Source of the DNA: Thermoplasmata archaeon
GTDB lineage: Archaea > Thermoplasmatota > Thermoplasmata > RBG-16-68-12 > JAJISG01
Direction: 5' to 3'
DNA length: 52,218 nucleotides
NCBI GenBank assembly: GCA_046759865.1
Contig: JBHIDB010000001.1
Location: 1-52,218 of the forward strand
Part shown: piece after piece, positions 44,872-52,218 of the stretch
Position numbering within the stretch: position 1 is the stretch's first letter
Layout of the letters: each line of letters begins with the position of its first letter
Translations under genes and position numbers: made by a program
The notes under the pieces: model-generated
Seen by the model: the letters and a program-made list of their open reading frames with translations, nothing else
Database searches by the model: none
Told to the model about the DNA's origin: nothing

Positions 44872-45701
44872 GCAGTGCATTGACCGCCTTCCGGTTTCAA
44901 GGGGGCGACACCCCGCTTCATCGTCTTGATCCGCGGGCGAAATTGCTCATCGTCGCGGCCCTCATCCTTTTCCTTTGGCTCTGGAGAGACCTTGGCGTGG
45001 TCCTCCTGGCCCTCCTCCCGTTGGCGGCCCTCATCGTCATCGGCCGATTGGGTCGCGCCCTGATGGGCTCCCTTCGAGTCTACGCCCTCCTCGGCCTCCT
45101 CCTTGTCCCCCTGAACGCCCTGCTCCACTCCGCGTTCACGTTCCCACCGGGACAGGCAGAGGTCTTGTTGCCGCTCACGGCGCCCGGCACGCCTATCTTG
45201 GGTGAGTTGGCCATCACCCAAGAGGCCCTGGCCTTCAGCCTCCTGATCTACGCCCGACTCGTTCTCATGCTGGTAGCAGCGAGCGTGTTCTTCCTGACCA
45301 CGAGCCTGGACGACCTCGAGGCGCTCCTCCTTTCCCTTCGCGTCCCGTACTTCTTCGTCTTGACCCTGAGCCTCGCTTTCCGGTTCATCCCCACCCTTGC
45401 GGACGAGGCCCGGAGGATCCGCGAGGCCCAGATGGCGCGGGGACTGAATCTCGAGACAGGAGGGCGTCTGCGGAGGCTCTGGCGGGCCACGATTCCCCTC
45501 CTCCTCCCCCTCTTCGTCAGCGTGCTCCGTCGCTCCGTACGACTCGGAGAGGCCCTTGAGGCCCGGGCGACCTTCGCCTACCCCACCCGAACCAGCTCCA
45601 TGGACCTGGCCGTCCACCGCGCAGACGTCCTGGTGTCCGTCGCCGCAGTTGCCCTCCTATCCGCCGCTCTTGTGTTTCGTTTCGTGGGCGCCTCCGTGTG
45701 A
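44868..45701 (+). CDS. ecfT: ECF transporter transmembrane (T) component
   Basis: Polytopic protein with the coupling-helix motif ADEARRIREAQMARG. GTGA overlap with the upstream ATPase. Confidence 0.85.
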   Translation: MSSALTAFRFQGGDTPLHRLDPRAKLLIVAALILFLWLWRDLGVVLLALLPLAALIVIGRLGRALMGSLRVYALLGLLLVPLNALLHSAFTFPPGQAEVLLPLTAPGTPILGELAITQEALAFSLLIYARLVLMLVAASVFFLTTSLDDLEALLLSLRVPYFFVLTLSLAFRFIPTLADEARRIREAQMARGLNLETGGRLRRLWRATIPLLLPLFVSVLRRSVRLGEALEARATFAYPTRTSSMDLAVHRADVLVSVAAVALLSAALVFRFVGASV

Positions 45702-45736
45702 TTCCCTCCCTGGAAGGGTACATTACTCGGCCCCCG

Positions 45737-46549
45737 CTAGACCAAGGCCACGGCGAGGAGACCAACGACGAACGCAACCACGGCGAGGACATCCACCCTC
45801 CGGAAACGCTCGTGAAGAAGCGTGGCGGCAGCGAGGACCGTGACGACCGGGTAGGCCCCGGTGATGGACGCCACCAGGGTCGCTGGACCGTCGATGAAGG
45901 CCAGGGTCAGGAGGATGACCCCGCTCCCTCCCATTAGGATGGTGAGAGCCGGCCACACCAAGATGCGCCGCCCTTCCAAGAATGGTCCCTCATCCCGTGC
46001 TCGGGTGAGAAGTAGCAGCGGGACGCCCACGAGGACGTTGGACAGGGCGAAGTAGAAGAAGGTCGAACCTTCGCCGAGTTCCGTGACCGCCACCTTGACG
46101 AGGAACCCCCAGACCCCCCAGAGGAGGAAGGAGAGAATCACCAGGACTGTCAGAATCCGTCCTCCGGAACCCGAATCCTGCTGTTCCGTCCGGCCCAGAA
46201 GGATCGCCGAGCTCAACAGCAGCAGGACGCCCAATCCCTGCGTTAGGGAGATGGTCTCGCCCAGGAACGCGAGGGCCAGGATGACCGTGATCGCCGGGTA
46301 GGCGGCGATGATAGTGCCGACGCGGGAAATGGTGCCCCGGGCAATGGTCTCGTAGTAGGCGACGAAGCCCAGCATCCCCGTAACCCCGGCAGCCAGGCCG
46401 AGGAGCGCGCCTCGCATGCCTCCCAGGGTCGGGGCGCCGTAGAAAAGATAGGCCGCCAGGAAGACGCCGGCCTCGCCCAGGGCCACCAACGAGGCCATCT
46501 TGCGGGGGCCCAGGGCGCCCACGCCTCGCTTCGCGGCGATCTGAGCCAA
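45737..46549 (-). CDS. EamA/DMT-family transporter; the annotated TTG start probably truncates TM1 (see findings)
   Basis: Ten-helix-type hydrophobic profile. A TM1-like sequence EVWLYLSLGATLAWGLAQIAAKRG continues in frame upstream of 46549 with no ATG, GTG or TTG. Confidence 0.75.
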   Translation of the reverse strand: MAQIAAKRGVGALGPRKMASLVALGEAGVFLAAYLFYGAPTLGGMRGALLGLAAGVTGMLGFVAYYETIARGTISRVGTIIAAYPAITVILALAFLGETISLTQGLGVLLLLSSAILLGRTEQQDSGSGGRILTVLVILSFLLWGVWGFLVKVAVTELGEGSTFFYFALSNVLVGVPLLLLTRARDEGPFLEGRRILVWPALTILMGGSGVILLTLAFIDGPATLVASITGAYPVVTVLAAATLLHERFRRVDVLAVVAFVVGLLAVALV

Positions 46550-46702
46550 ACCCCACGCGAGGGTCGCTCCTAGAGAGAGATATAGCCAGACTTCGACCGT
46601 GTTGGCGCCTCCGTTTCGTGCGCGGTCGTCAGAGCGTGTAGTATGCCATACGCCAGCGACGAGTCAACGGACAGGCTGCTCTCGTTGCGTGGTCGCGCGA
46701 GG

Positions 46703-46984
46703 TCAGAGCCGCGTCACCTGCAGATTCCCCTCCGGCGACACGATGACTTCGTACAGCTCCTCATCTGTCCCGTGGTAGTCAGCCTTGTACAACTCCTCAA
46801 AATTCCACCAAACGGGTTTGAGGTCCACTGGGCGGATGGTCCACTCCTTGAAGTTCGGCAGGTATTTCCGAAGCTCATCTTCAAGCTCCGTGAATTGTCC
46901 GTGAAGCTCTCGAAGCGTCCTCTTCAGCCTTTTGAGACCCTTCGCGTGATCCGCGCCAAGGGGACCGTCCACCACCGTCTTCAT
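46703..46984 (-). CDS. Hypothetical small protein (93 aa)
   Basis: ATG start with mixed charged/aromatic composition (KEWTIRPVDLKPVWWNFEELYKADYHGTDEELYEVIV). No recognised motif. Confidence 0.5.
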   Translation of the reverse strand: MKTVVDGPLGADHAKGLKRLKRTLRELHGQFTELEDELRKYLPNFKEWTIRPVDLKPVWWNFEELYKADYHGTDEELYEVIVSPEGNLQVTRL

Positions 46985-47112
46985 ACGACCACCGACCGAG
47001 ACTCTTATGATCTCCGGAGACGACGCCGCCTCCGCGCGGTAACCAGCAGGGGAGGGCCTAAAGCCTTTCCTCTATTCCTGCGGGGTCCTCGGGCAGACCA
47101 CGGTCGCGGGAC

Positions 47113-47817
47113 CTAGGGAGCGTCTGGTCCTTCGCCCCTATCCGCGGCCTCGAGGAGGTCCACGATCGCCCCATGATCCGCATCGATGGCGATGTCCATC
47201 GGTGTCTTGCCACCCTCCGCCCGCGCGTCAACCACGGCCCCCGCCTTGAGCAGAGCGCGCGCGAGCGCTTCGTCGCCGTTGGCCGCCGCGATGTGGATGG
47301 CTGTGAATCCGCCCTCGCTTCGCGCGTTCACGTCTGCCCCGACCTTCAGGAGCATCTCCACGGCTTCCACCTGCCGGCCCGCGGCGGCGGCCTGGAGGGG
47401 CTGGTTCCCGTTGCTGTTCCGGGACACCGCCCGATGGCTGGCCCCACTTGCGATGAGCGTTCGCATCACATTCACGCTTCCGAAGTGGCCTGCGAGATGG
47501 AGAGGGGTCCACCCATCGTAGCTGTACCGCTCGACCCAGGCCCGGTCCGCACGGAGGAGTTCCTTGACGCGGTCGTTTAGGTCGAGGGCAGATGCCTCAA
47601 AGACGTCCGCCTCTGCACCGTGGTCCAGGAGAAGCTTGCAGATCTCCGGCTGGCGATAGTAGGCCGCCCAGAGCAGGGGGCTGGCGCCCTCCGCGCTCGG
47701 CTGCGTAGCAAGGCGGGAATCGAGCTCGAGAAGGTCCCTGACCTCCCCGACCTCCCCGGCCTCGATGGCCTTGAAGAGACGGGATCGCACCTCCTCTCTA
47801 TTCTCGCCTGCCGTCAT
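47113..47817 (-). CDS. Ankyrin-repeat protein (about 5-6 repeats)
   Basis: GWTPLHLAGHFGSVNVMRTLIASGA, NQPLQAAAAGRQVEAVEMLLKVGADVNA, GFTAIHIAAANGDEALARALLKAGAVVDA, GKTPMDIAIDADHGAIVDLL. Confidence 0.88.
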   Translation of the reverse strand: MTAGENREEVRSRLFKAIEAGEVGEVRDLLELDSRLATQPSAEGASPLLWAAYYRQPEICKLLLDHGAEADVFEASALDLNDRVKELLRADRAWVERYSYDGWTPLHLAGHFGSVNVMRTLIASGASHRAVSRNSNGNQPLQAAAAGRQVEAVEMLLKVGADVNARSEGGFTAIHIAAANGDEALARALLKAGAVVDARAEGGKTPMDIAIDADHGAIVDLLEAADRGEGPDAP

Positions 47818-47866
47818 AAGACTGCCGAGGGAGTGGAGGGGTATATGAGGATTGCTTGCCTGTGCA

Positions 47867-48259
47867 TTAGTTAATCAACTTCACGTTTAGAGATCTGAGG
47901 ACACGTCCGACGTGGCTCGGGTGGAATGCGACGCCGTACCGACGGCGTATGAGGTCGCTTACAAGGGCGAGGCTCCAGCGGCGAGCCGGGAAGCCTAGGG
48001 TGGAGGGCGGGGTCTCCAGAAGGCGGGGCAGTTCCTTCAGCGCAGCTGGTGAGAGCTTAGGGGGCCGCCCTGTGACCGGGCGGCGGGCGAGCGCGTTAAG
48101 CCCACCCGTGCGAGCAAGGCGACACCACCTTGAGACGGTGGATGGATGCACTTCGAAGGCCTCGGCCACGGCCTTCTGGGGAACTCCCGCGCGGACCAGC
48201 CGGACAGCGGCAATGCGTACTTCCGTGGGCCGCGTCTGCGATCCCGCCCGTCGCCCCAT
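47867..48259 (-). mobile_element. IS630/Tc1-mariner-type transposase N-terminal HTH domains only (no DDE domain); likely an IS remnant or a domesticated HTH protein
   Basis: VPQKAVAEAFEVHPSTVSRWCRL...GRPPKLSPAALKELPRLLE...RWSLALVSDLIRRRYGVAFHPSHVGRVLRSL is the paired-HTH pattern of IS630 transposases. The ORF stops after 130 aa and no catalytic domain follows. Confidence 0.55.
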
Positions 48260-48420
48260 GTCCCGGAACACTCCCCAAGAATTGATATACTTATGCAGGA
48301 ACAGGGCCAAATTAGGATTCTCCGTCAGGTCCGGAGGGTCAATGACGGCTCAGGAGATTTCCCCAACGTATGGACCAAAGGGCTCAGCCTTGCCGCACCC
48401 TTCGTGGTCTGCCACTGGCT

Positions 48421-48702
48421 CTAATTCGCGTCTGTCGACCTATCGGGACTCACGAGATGTCGCTCGCAGACCCAGCCGCCCTGACTGGGATTCCAGATGA
48501 CGCCGTCGAGCTTCTCCGTGACGATTCCCTCCTCCCTTTCTCTTCGGCATTGCCCCACCCAATACAGGGCTCCGGCGAGGCCGGGATCGCCTTGGGGTTG
48601 GTCCACGTTCTCGCCGCGACTTTCCAAGTAGTCCCAGAGCGTCTGTAGTACCTGATTGGCAATCCGGATTCGGTCCCACGTCTCCACGTCGAGGAAGCTC
48701 AT
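48421..48702 (-). CDS. Hypothetical protein (93 aa); its 5' end is the source of a nearby duplicated fragment
   Basis: ATG-initiated ORF MSFLDVETWDRIRIANQVLQTLWDYLE.... Its first ~23 codons are repeated as a degenerate copy at 49753-49824. Confidence 0.45.
   Translation of the reverse strand: MSFLDVETWDRIRIANQVLQTLWDYLESRGENVDQPQGDPGLAGALYWVGQCRREREEGIVTEKLDGVIWNPSQGGWVCERHLVSPDRSTDAN
48631..48699. repeat. Direct repeat, copy A (69 nt; 41-nt identical core at 48659-48699)
   Basis: Hand alignment with 49753-49821 gives 63/69 identical, with all 6 mismatches in the first 28 nt. Confidence 0.9.
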
Positions 48703-48819
48703 TACGGAGTCAGAATCGCAGTCGGCCTTGTGGGTTTCGGTTCAGGAAGAGGCTCCTGGGCATCATCCCCCCGTGTAGGTATAAGCCCCTATGCGGTACC
48801 GGGCCCGAGGTAGAACGTC

Positions 48820-49770
48820 GTGGGCTTCGACTCCGCGCTGGAGTGGTTGCTGGAGGAGGACGAACCCTCCATCCAATACCTCGCGCTTACCCAGATCCTT
48901 GGGCGTCCGGAAGACGATGGCGAGATCCAGTCCGCGAAGGAGAGGATCGGCATCGAGGGATGGGCCGCCGCCATCCTGGACCGGCAGGAGAAGGGCGGGT
49001 GGTGGGTCGGGGAGGAGAGCCTGTACCTGCCCAAGTACACCTCCACCAACTGGATGCTCCTAATCTTATCGGACCTGGGGCTGACGAAGTCGGATCCTCG
49101 CATCGACAGGGCCTGTCAGCTGTGGATGGACCGCTTCGCGACGAATGACGGCGGCTTCGGTGCTGACAACATGAGGGTCGGTCACCTGTGCATCGTGGGG
49201 AACACCGCTCGGGCCCTCGTTCGCTTCGGATACGAGAATGAACCCCGAGTTCGGAGTGCCTTCGAGTGGCTCGTCGAGCGCGCGGACCCGAAGGGCGGGT
49301 GGAACTGCTTCGGGAGGGGCCGGAACCTCGATTCCTGGGAAGGGCTCAGTGCCTTCGCCGCCTACCCGCGGCCGAAGTGGACGGCGGGCATGAGGCGGGT
49401 GGTCGAAAGGGGCGCCGAATTCTTCTTGGAGAGGGAGCTCCACCGGCAGGGGGCTCGGTATGAGCCATGGTATCGCTTCCACTACCCGGTTCACTACTAC
49501 TACGACCTGTTGGTGGGACTCGACTTCATGACCGCTTTGGGATATGAGGACGATCCTCGGCTCGAATTTGCTCTGGGGTGGCTCCAAGAGAACCGACGAC
49601 CGGACGGCAGGTGGAACTTGGATACGGTCCATCCGGACGTCGAAGGAAGCTATGCGAACTGGCTTCTGAAGAACCCGAACAAGAGACCCACCCCCTTCGC
49701 CCTCGAGAGCCCGGGCGAGCCGAGCAAGATGATCACGCTGAAGGCTCTCCAAGTCCTAGAGCGTCATTAG
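48820..49770 (+). CDS. Prenyltransferase/squalene-cyclase-repeat (alpha/alpha-toroid) family protein
   Basis: Repeated aromatic/Gly motifs of terpenoid-cyclase-type repeats: QEKGGWWVGE, TNDGGFGADN, ADPKGGWNCF, RRPDGRWNLD. GTG start. Confidence 0.65.
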   Translation: MGFDSALEWLLEEDEPSIQYLALTQILGRPEDDGEIQSAKERIGIEGWAAAILDRQEKGGWWVGEESLYLPKYTSTNWMLLILSDLGLTKSDPRIDRACQLWMDRFATNDGGFGADNMRVGHLCIVGNTARALVRFGYENEPRVRSAFEWLVERADPKGGWNCFGRGRNLDSWEGLSAFAAYPRPKWTAGMRRVVERGAEFFLERELHRQGARYEPWYRFHYPVHYYYDLLVGLDFMTALGYEDDPRLEFALGWLQENRRPDGRWNLDTVHPDVEGSYANWLLKNPNKRPTPFALESPGEPSKMITLKALQVLERH

Positions 49771-49821
49771 CACCTGGTTTGCAATCCGGATTCGGTCCCA
49801 CGTCTCCACGTCGAGGAAGCT
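49753..49821. repeat. Direct repeat, copy B (degenerate duplicate of the 5' end of ORF 48421-48702)
   Basis: The minus-strand reading gives ISFLDVETWDRIRIANQVLMTL-stop. The start codon is ATA instead of ATG. It overlaps the last codons of the plus-strand gene. Confidence 0.9.
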
Positions 49822-49933
49822 TATCGTGTAACGAGGACCACGGCCAGCCATCTGACTTCGATACACGAGGAAAGTCCCATTGTTTCGACGCCTTGCCAAT
49901 CAAGCCTGTTGAGTTTCCCTGGTCGGGGAATGA

Positions 49934-50055
49934 TGGACCGGGTGGGATTTGAACCCACGGCCTCCACCATGTTGGGGGAAGGGCCAGAAGTGGTCTTTCT
50001 AACTCCCGGCCTTCCTCATGCCAAGGTGGCGATCTTCCAACTGATCTACCGGCCC
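49934..50055 (-). tRNA. tRNA-Ala (anticodon GGC) with a 49-nt intron after position 37; CCA not encoded
   Basis: Hand-folded. Acceptor GGGCCGG/CCGGTCC (G3:U70 present), D-arm GATC/GATC, anticodon stem CCACC/GGTGG with loop TTGGCA|intron|T, T-arm GTGGG-TTCAAAT-CCCAC. The intron is about 50018-49970; the boundary is ambiguous by the shared CATG. Confidence 0.88.
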
Positions 50056-50079
50056 GGGTTGGTCCGATGAAGGGCCACG

Positions 50080-50086
50080 AATAAAA
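50080..50086 (-). promoter_or_regulatory. TATA box (TTTTATT) for tRNA-Ala
   Basis: Centred about 28 nt upstream of the tRNA 5' end. Confidence 0.55.
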
Positions 50087-50119
50087 CCCTTTCATCATGC
50101 TGGCAGTCGTGGTCGAGCC

Positions 50120-50518
50120 TTAGGGAGACGCGAGTTCCCGCACGTCCCGTACGCGCCGCCGCAGGCGACTGTCGAGCTGCCGGAGAGAGAGGACGGAGAC
50201 CTCCTCCTTGGCCTTCTTCTTCCCGACTTGGAACCTAAAGACGACGGAGCCAATACCCACATCCACCGACGTGACCGTGGTCCCCGGAACCCCCTCGAAC
50301 TCTAAGGTCTCCGTCTGCTTGTGGTAGTTCACGGTCATGATCAGGAGGAAGTCTCTCCGGAGAAGCGCCGCGCCCTCGACGCCACCGGGCTCCTTCTCCA
50401 GGGGATGTGAGTGTAGTGCGACGAGGTCCTCCCGGATGTGCGCGTGGTTCACCCGCTGATTGGGCGGGGTATCCGTGAGGTCAAAGACCACGACCCGCTC
50501 TTCCATCCCGCTCGCCAT
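50120..50518 (-). CDS. Hypothetical protein (132 aa)
   Basis: ATG start, beta-rich with a basic C-terminal tail. No recognised motif. Confidence 0.45.
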   Translation of the reverse strand: MASGMEERVVVFDLTDTPPNQRVNHAHIREDLVALHSHPLEKEPGGVEGAALLRRDFLLIMTVNYHKQTETLEFEGVPGTTVTSVDVGIGSVVFRFQVGKKKAKEEVSVLSLRQLDSRLRRRVRDVRELASP

Positions 50519-50575
50519 GCTCCCACCCGCTTTAACCTTCCGCCGGAGGGGGGAGGGGGGAGGTGGCCGCGAGAG

Positions 50576-51004
50576 TCAAAGCCTGTCCTGAATCCGCGCC
50601 GCGAAGGCCCGTGCGTTACCGGTTGAGTCTTCCAACGAAGAGCTCGCAGGCACAAGCCACGCCTGTTCTCCGGCCTCGCCAACGAGTCGGAGCCGGTCGC
50701 CGCCACGGACCCCTTCTTCCACGTCTACGTCCCGGATGTCTCCCATTCCCACCTCGGAGGTCACTTCGTATCCCTCGAAGCGAAGGACATTCCACATCCC
50801 CCCCACGTCCAGGTGCGGCTTCAGCTCCAGGACCCGTTTCGATGTCAAGAGGAGGTTGCTGCTCTTCAGCGAGAGGAAGGCCCGCACCCGTTCGCCTTCC
50901 TCCAGGTGTTCGGCGATCTTCCAGAGCCGATCCTCGTCCCGCTTCAGCCCGCGCGTGGTGCCTAGGAAAAGGGTGTCGCCGAAGACCTCCTCGATTGACC
51001 CCAT
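50576..51004 (-). CDS. Hypothetical protein, possibly with a bacterial-PH-like fold
   Basis: EGERVRAFLSLKSSNLLLTSKRVLELK resembles bacterial PH-domain strands. ATG at 51004; the track TTG start at 51064 is also possible. Confidence 0.4.
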   Translation of the reverse strand: MGSIEEVFGDTLFLGTTRGLKRDEDRLWKIAEHLEEGERVRAFLSLKSSNLLLTSKRVLELKPHLDVGGMWNVLRFEGYEVTSEVGMGDIRDVDVEEGVRGGDRLRLVGEAGEQAWLVPASSSLEDSTGNARAFAARIQDRL

Positions 51005-51076
51005 CCCGCTGCCCACGGTCGAGGAGCCAATAAGGTTACCGCACGCTAGCAGCGATGGCGACAAAGCCCGGCCAGA

Positions 51077-52216
51077 TCAGGTTCGTTGGGACGGAAGGAA
51101 CAGATCCAGCCTCCGCTGCAGCCGCATCTGCTCTCCGGGGACCTGCACCGGGTACTCCCCGGTCAAGCAGCCCGTGCAGATGTCGGCTTCGGCCATCCCG
51201 ATGGCGCGGACGAGCCCAGGGATGGAGAGGTACCCAAGGGAGTCGGCCCCGAGTCGTTCGCGAATCTCCTCCACCTTCCGACCGTTCGCGGCGAACTGCT
51301 GGCGGCTTTTCATATCGATGCCGAGGTAACAGGGCGCCCGGATGGGCGGGCACCCGATGCGGACGTGGACCTCGCGGGCCCCGGCCTCCCGTACAAGCCC
51401 AACGATCTTCTTCATGGTGGTTCCGCGGACGATGCTGTCGTCCACCAGGATGACCCGCTTCCCCTGGAGCAGGGAGCGCACGGCGTTGAGTTTCAGGTGG
51501 ACCCCCACGTCCCGGTCCGTCTGATTGGGCAGGATGAAGGTGCGCTCGATGTAACGGTTCTTGATGAGGCCCTCCACAAGCGGGAGGCCCGCGGCCTCCG
51601 CGTAGCCGAAGGCGTGGGCGCGCCCGGAGTCGGGGATCGGGACGACCATGTCCGCTTCTACCGGGTGGTCCGATTCCAGCTCCCGGCCAATCTTCACCCG
51701 CACGTCGTACACCAGCCTCCCGTCGACGACGCTGTCGGGCCGGGAAAAGTAGACCCACTCGAACATGCAGTGGGCCGTGTTCGTGGGATGAGGCAGCCGC
51801 GTGGTGTGGACACCATCAGTGGTCAGCTCCAAGATCTCCCCCGGCCGCAAGTCGCGGATAAACTTGGCCCCCAGGGTGTCGAAGACGACGCTCTCGCTGG
51901 ACACGATGTGCTCGCCGTCCTTCCGCCCGTAGCAGAGGGGACGGACGGCCATAGGATCCCGGATGGCGAACAGGCGTTCGCCCACGAGGAGGACCAGGGA
52001 GTAGGACCCGACGAGCTTGCTCGTGAAGTCCCGGAGGGCCTGGTTCACGTCGCGGGTCTGGATGATCTCGTTGGCCAGGAGGCGCACGATGACCTCCGAG
52101 TCTGTGCTGGTGATGAAGGCCCAGCCCTTCCGCTGCAGCTCTCGCCGCAGCTCGGGGGCGTTTACGACCTCCCCGTTGTGGGCCAGGGCGATGTCCCCGG
52201 CGATGGAGCTTGCCAC
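51077..52216 (-). CDS. purF: Amidophosphoribosyltransferase (5'-partial; the N-terminus lies beyond the window end)
   Basis: ALAHNGEVVNAPELR...TDSEVI (Ntn glutaminase domain), VILVDDSIVRGTT PRPP loop and C-terminal Cys ligands (CYLGIDM, CTGCLTGEYP). The ORF is open to the window edge. Confidence 0.92.
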   Translation of the reverse strand: MASSIAGDIALAHNGEVVNAPELRRELQRKGWAFITSTDSEVIVRLLANEIIQTRDVNQALRDFTSKLVGSYSLVLLVGERLFAIRDPMAVRPLCYGRKDGEHIVSSESVVFDTLGAKFIRDLRPGEILELTTDGVHTTRLPHPTNTAHCMFEWVYFSRPDSVVDGRLVYDVRVKIGRELESDHPVEADMVVPIPDSGRAHAFGYAEAAGLPLVEGLIKNRYIERTFILPNQTDRDVGVHLKLNAVRSLLQGKRVILVDDSIVRGTTMKKIVGLVREAGAREVHVRIGCPPIRAPCYLGIDMKSRQQFAANGRKVEEIRERLGADSLGYLSIPGLVRAIGMAEADICTGCLTGEYPVQVPGEQMRLQRRLDLFLPSQRT

Positions 52217-52218
52217 GA

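Noticed and set aside
51036-51758. ORFs 51036-51758 (-), 51055-51453 (+) and 50563-51033 (+)
   Set aside because: These are alternative-frame or antisense ORFs inside purF and the hypothetical gene. Their Arg/Pro/Gly-rich products are typical of off-frame GC-rich sequence.
1-52218. CRISPR arrays, rRNA genes, and duplicated tRNA 3' ends that would mark att sites of an integrated element
   Set aside because: No regularly spaced short direct repeats were seen. No 16S, 23S or 5S-like segments were seen. The T-arm core GGATTTGAACCC occurs only within the tRNA-Trp, tRNA-Arg and tRNA-Ala genes themselves.

Overview
GC-rich, gene-dense archaeal chromosomal segment. Archaeal hallmarks are PriS primase, a class I CCA-adding enzyme, prefoldin alpha, ribosomal proteins L18Ae/LX and L41e, two tRNAs with introns at position 37/38, and a box C/D guide inside the tRNA-Trp intron. 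All calls rest on motifs read by eye from the ORF track and the DNA; no searches were run. Content in order: (1) a translationally coupled cluster at 0.05-6 kb (membrane protein, B12-radical SAM, SAM methyltransferase, FG-GAP propeller, GT2), then a lone histidine ammonia-lyase. (2) An smc-scpA-scpB operon followed on the same strand by a 1435-aa protein of about 21 tandem ~62-residue helical repeats plus a C-terminal beta-sandwich; this is the most unusual feature of the window. (3) wecB and two GT2 genes. (4) A long minus-strand housekeeping run: rhomboid, Zn-finger protein, pcm, TraB, priS, a membrane/TPR/HhH protein overlapping priS, rpl18a, pfdA, ftsY. (5) Mtq2/HemK-like methyltransferase, prs, PhoU-like regulator, cca. 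(6) A 69-nt rpl41e gene abutting intron-containing tRNA-Trp, a GNAT, a KaiC-like ATPase, a ~480-nt ORF-free stretch and tRNA-Arg. (7) DUF72, dinB, thyX, cofC-cofE, an F420-type PPOX protein and a four-gene ECF transporter. (8) A small accessory islet at 46.6-50.1 kb with an ankyrin protein, an IS630-type HTH remnant, a prenyltransferase/terpene-cyclase-like gene bracketed by a 69-nt direct repeat, and intron-containing tRNA-Ala. (9) Two unknown genes and a 5'-partial purF. No CRISPR array or rRNA was seen. Many long ORFs in the track are antisense or alternative-frame artefacts of the GC-rich coding sequence and were not called.
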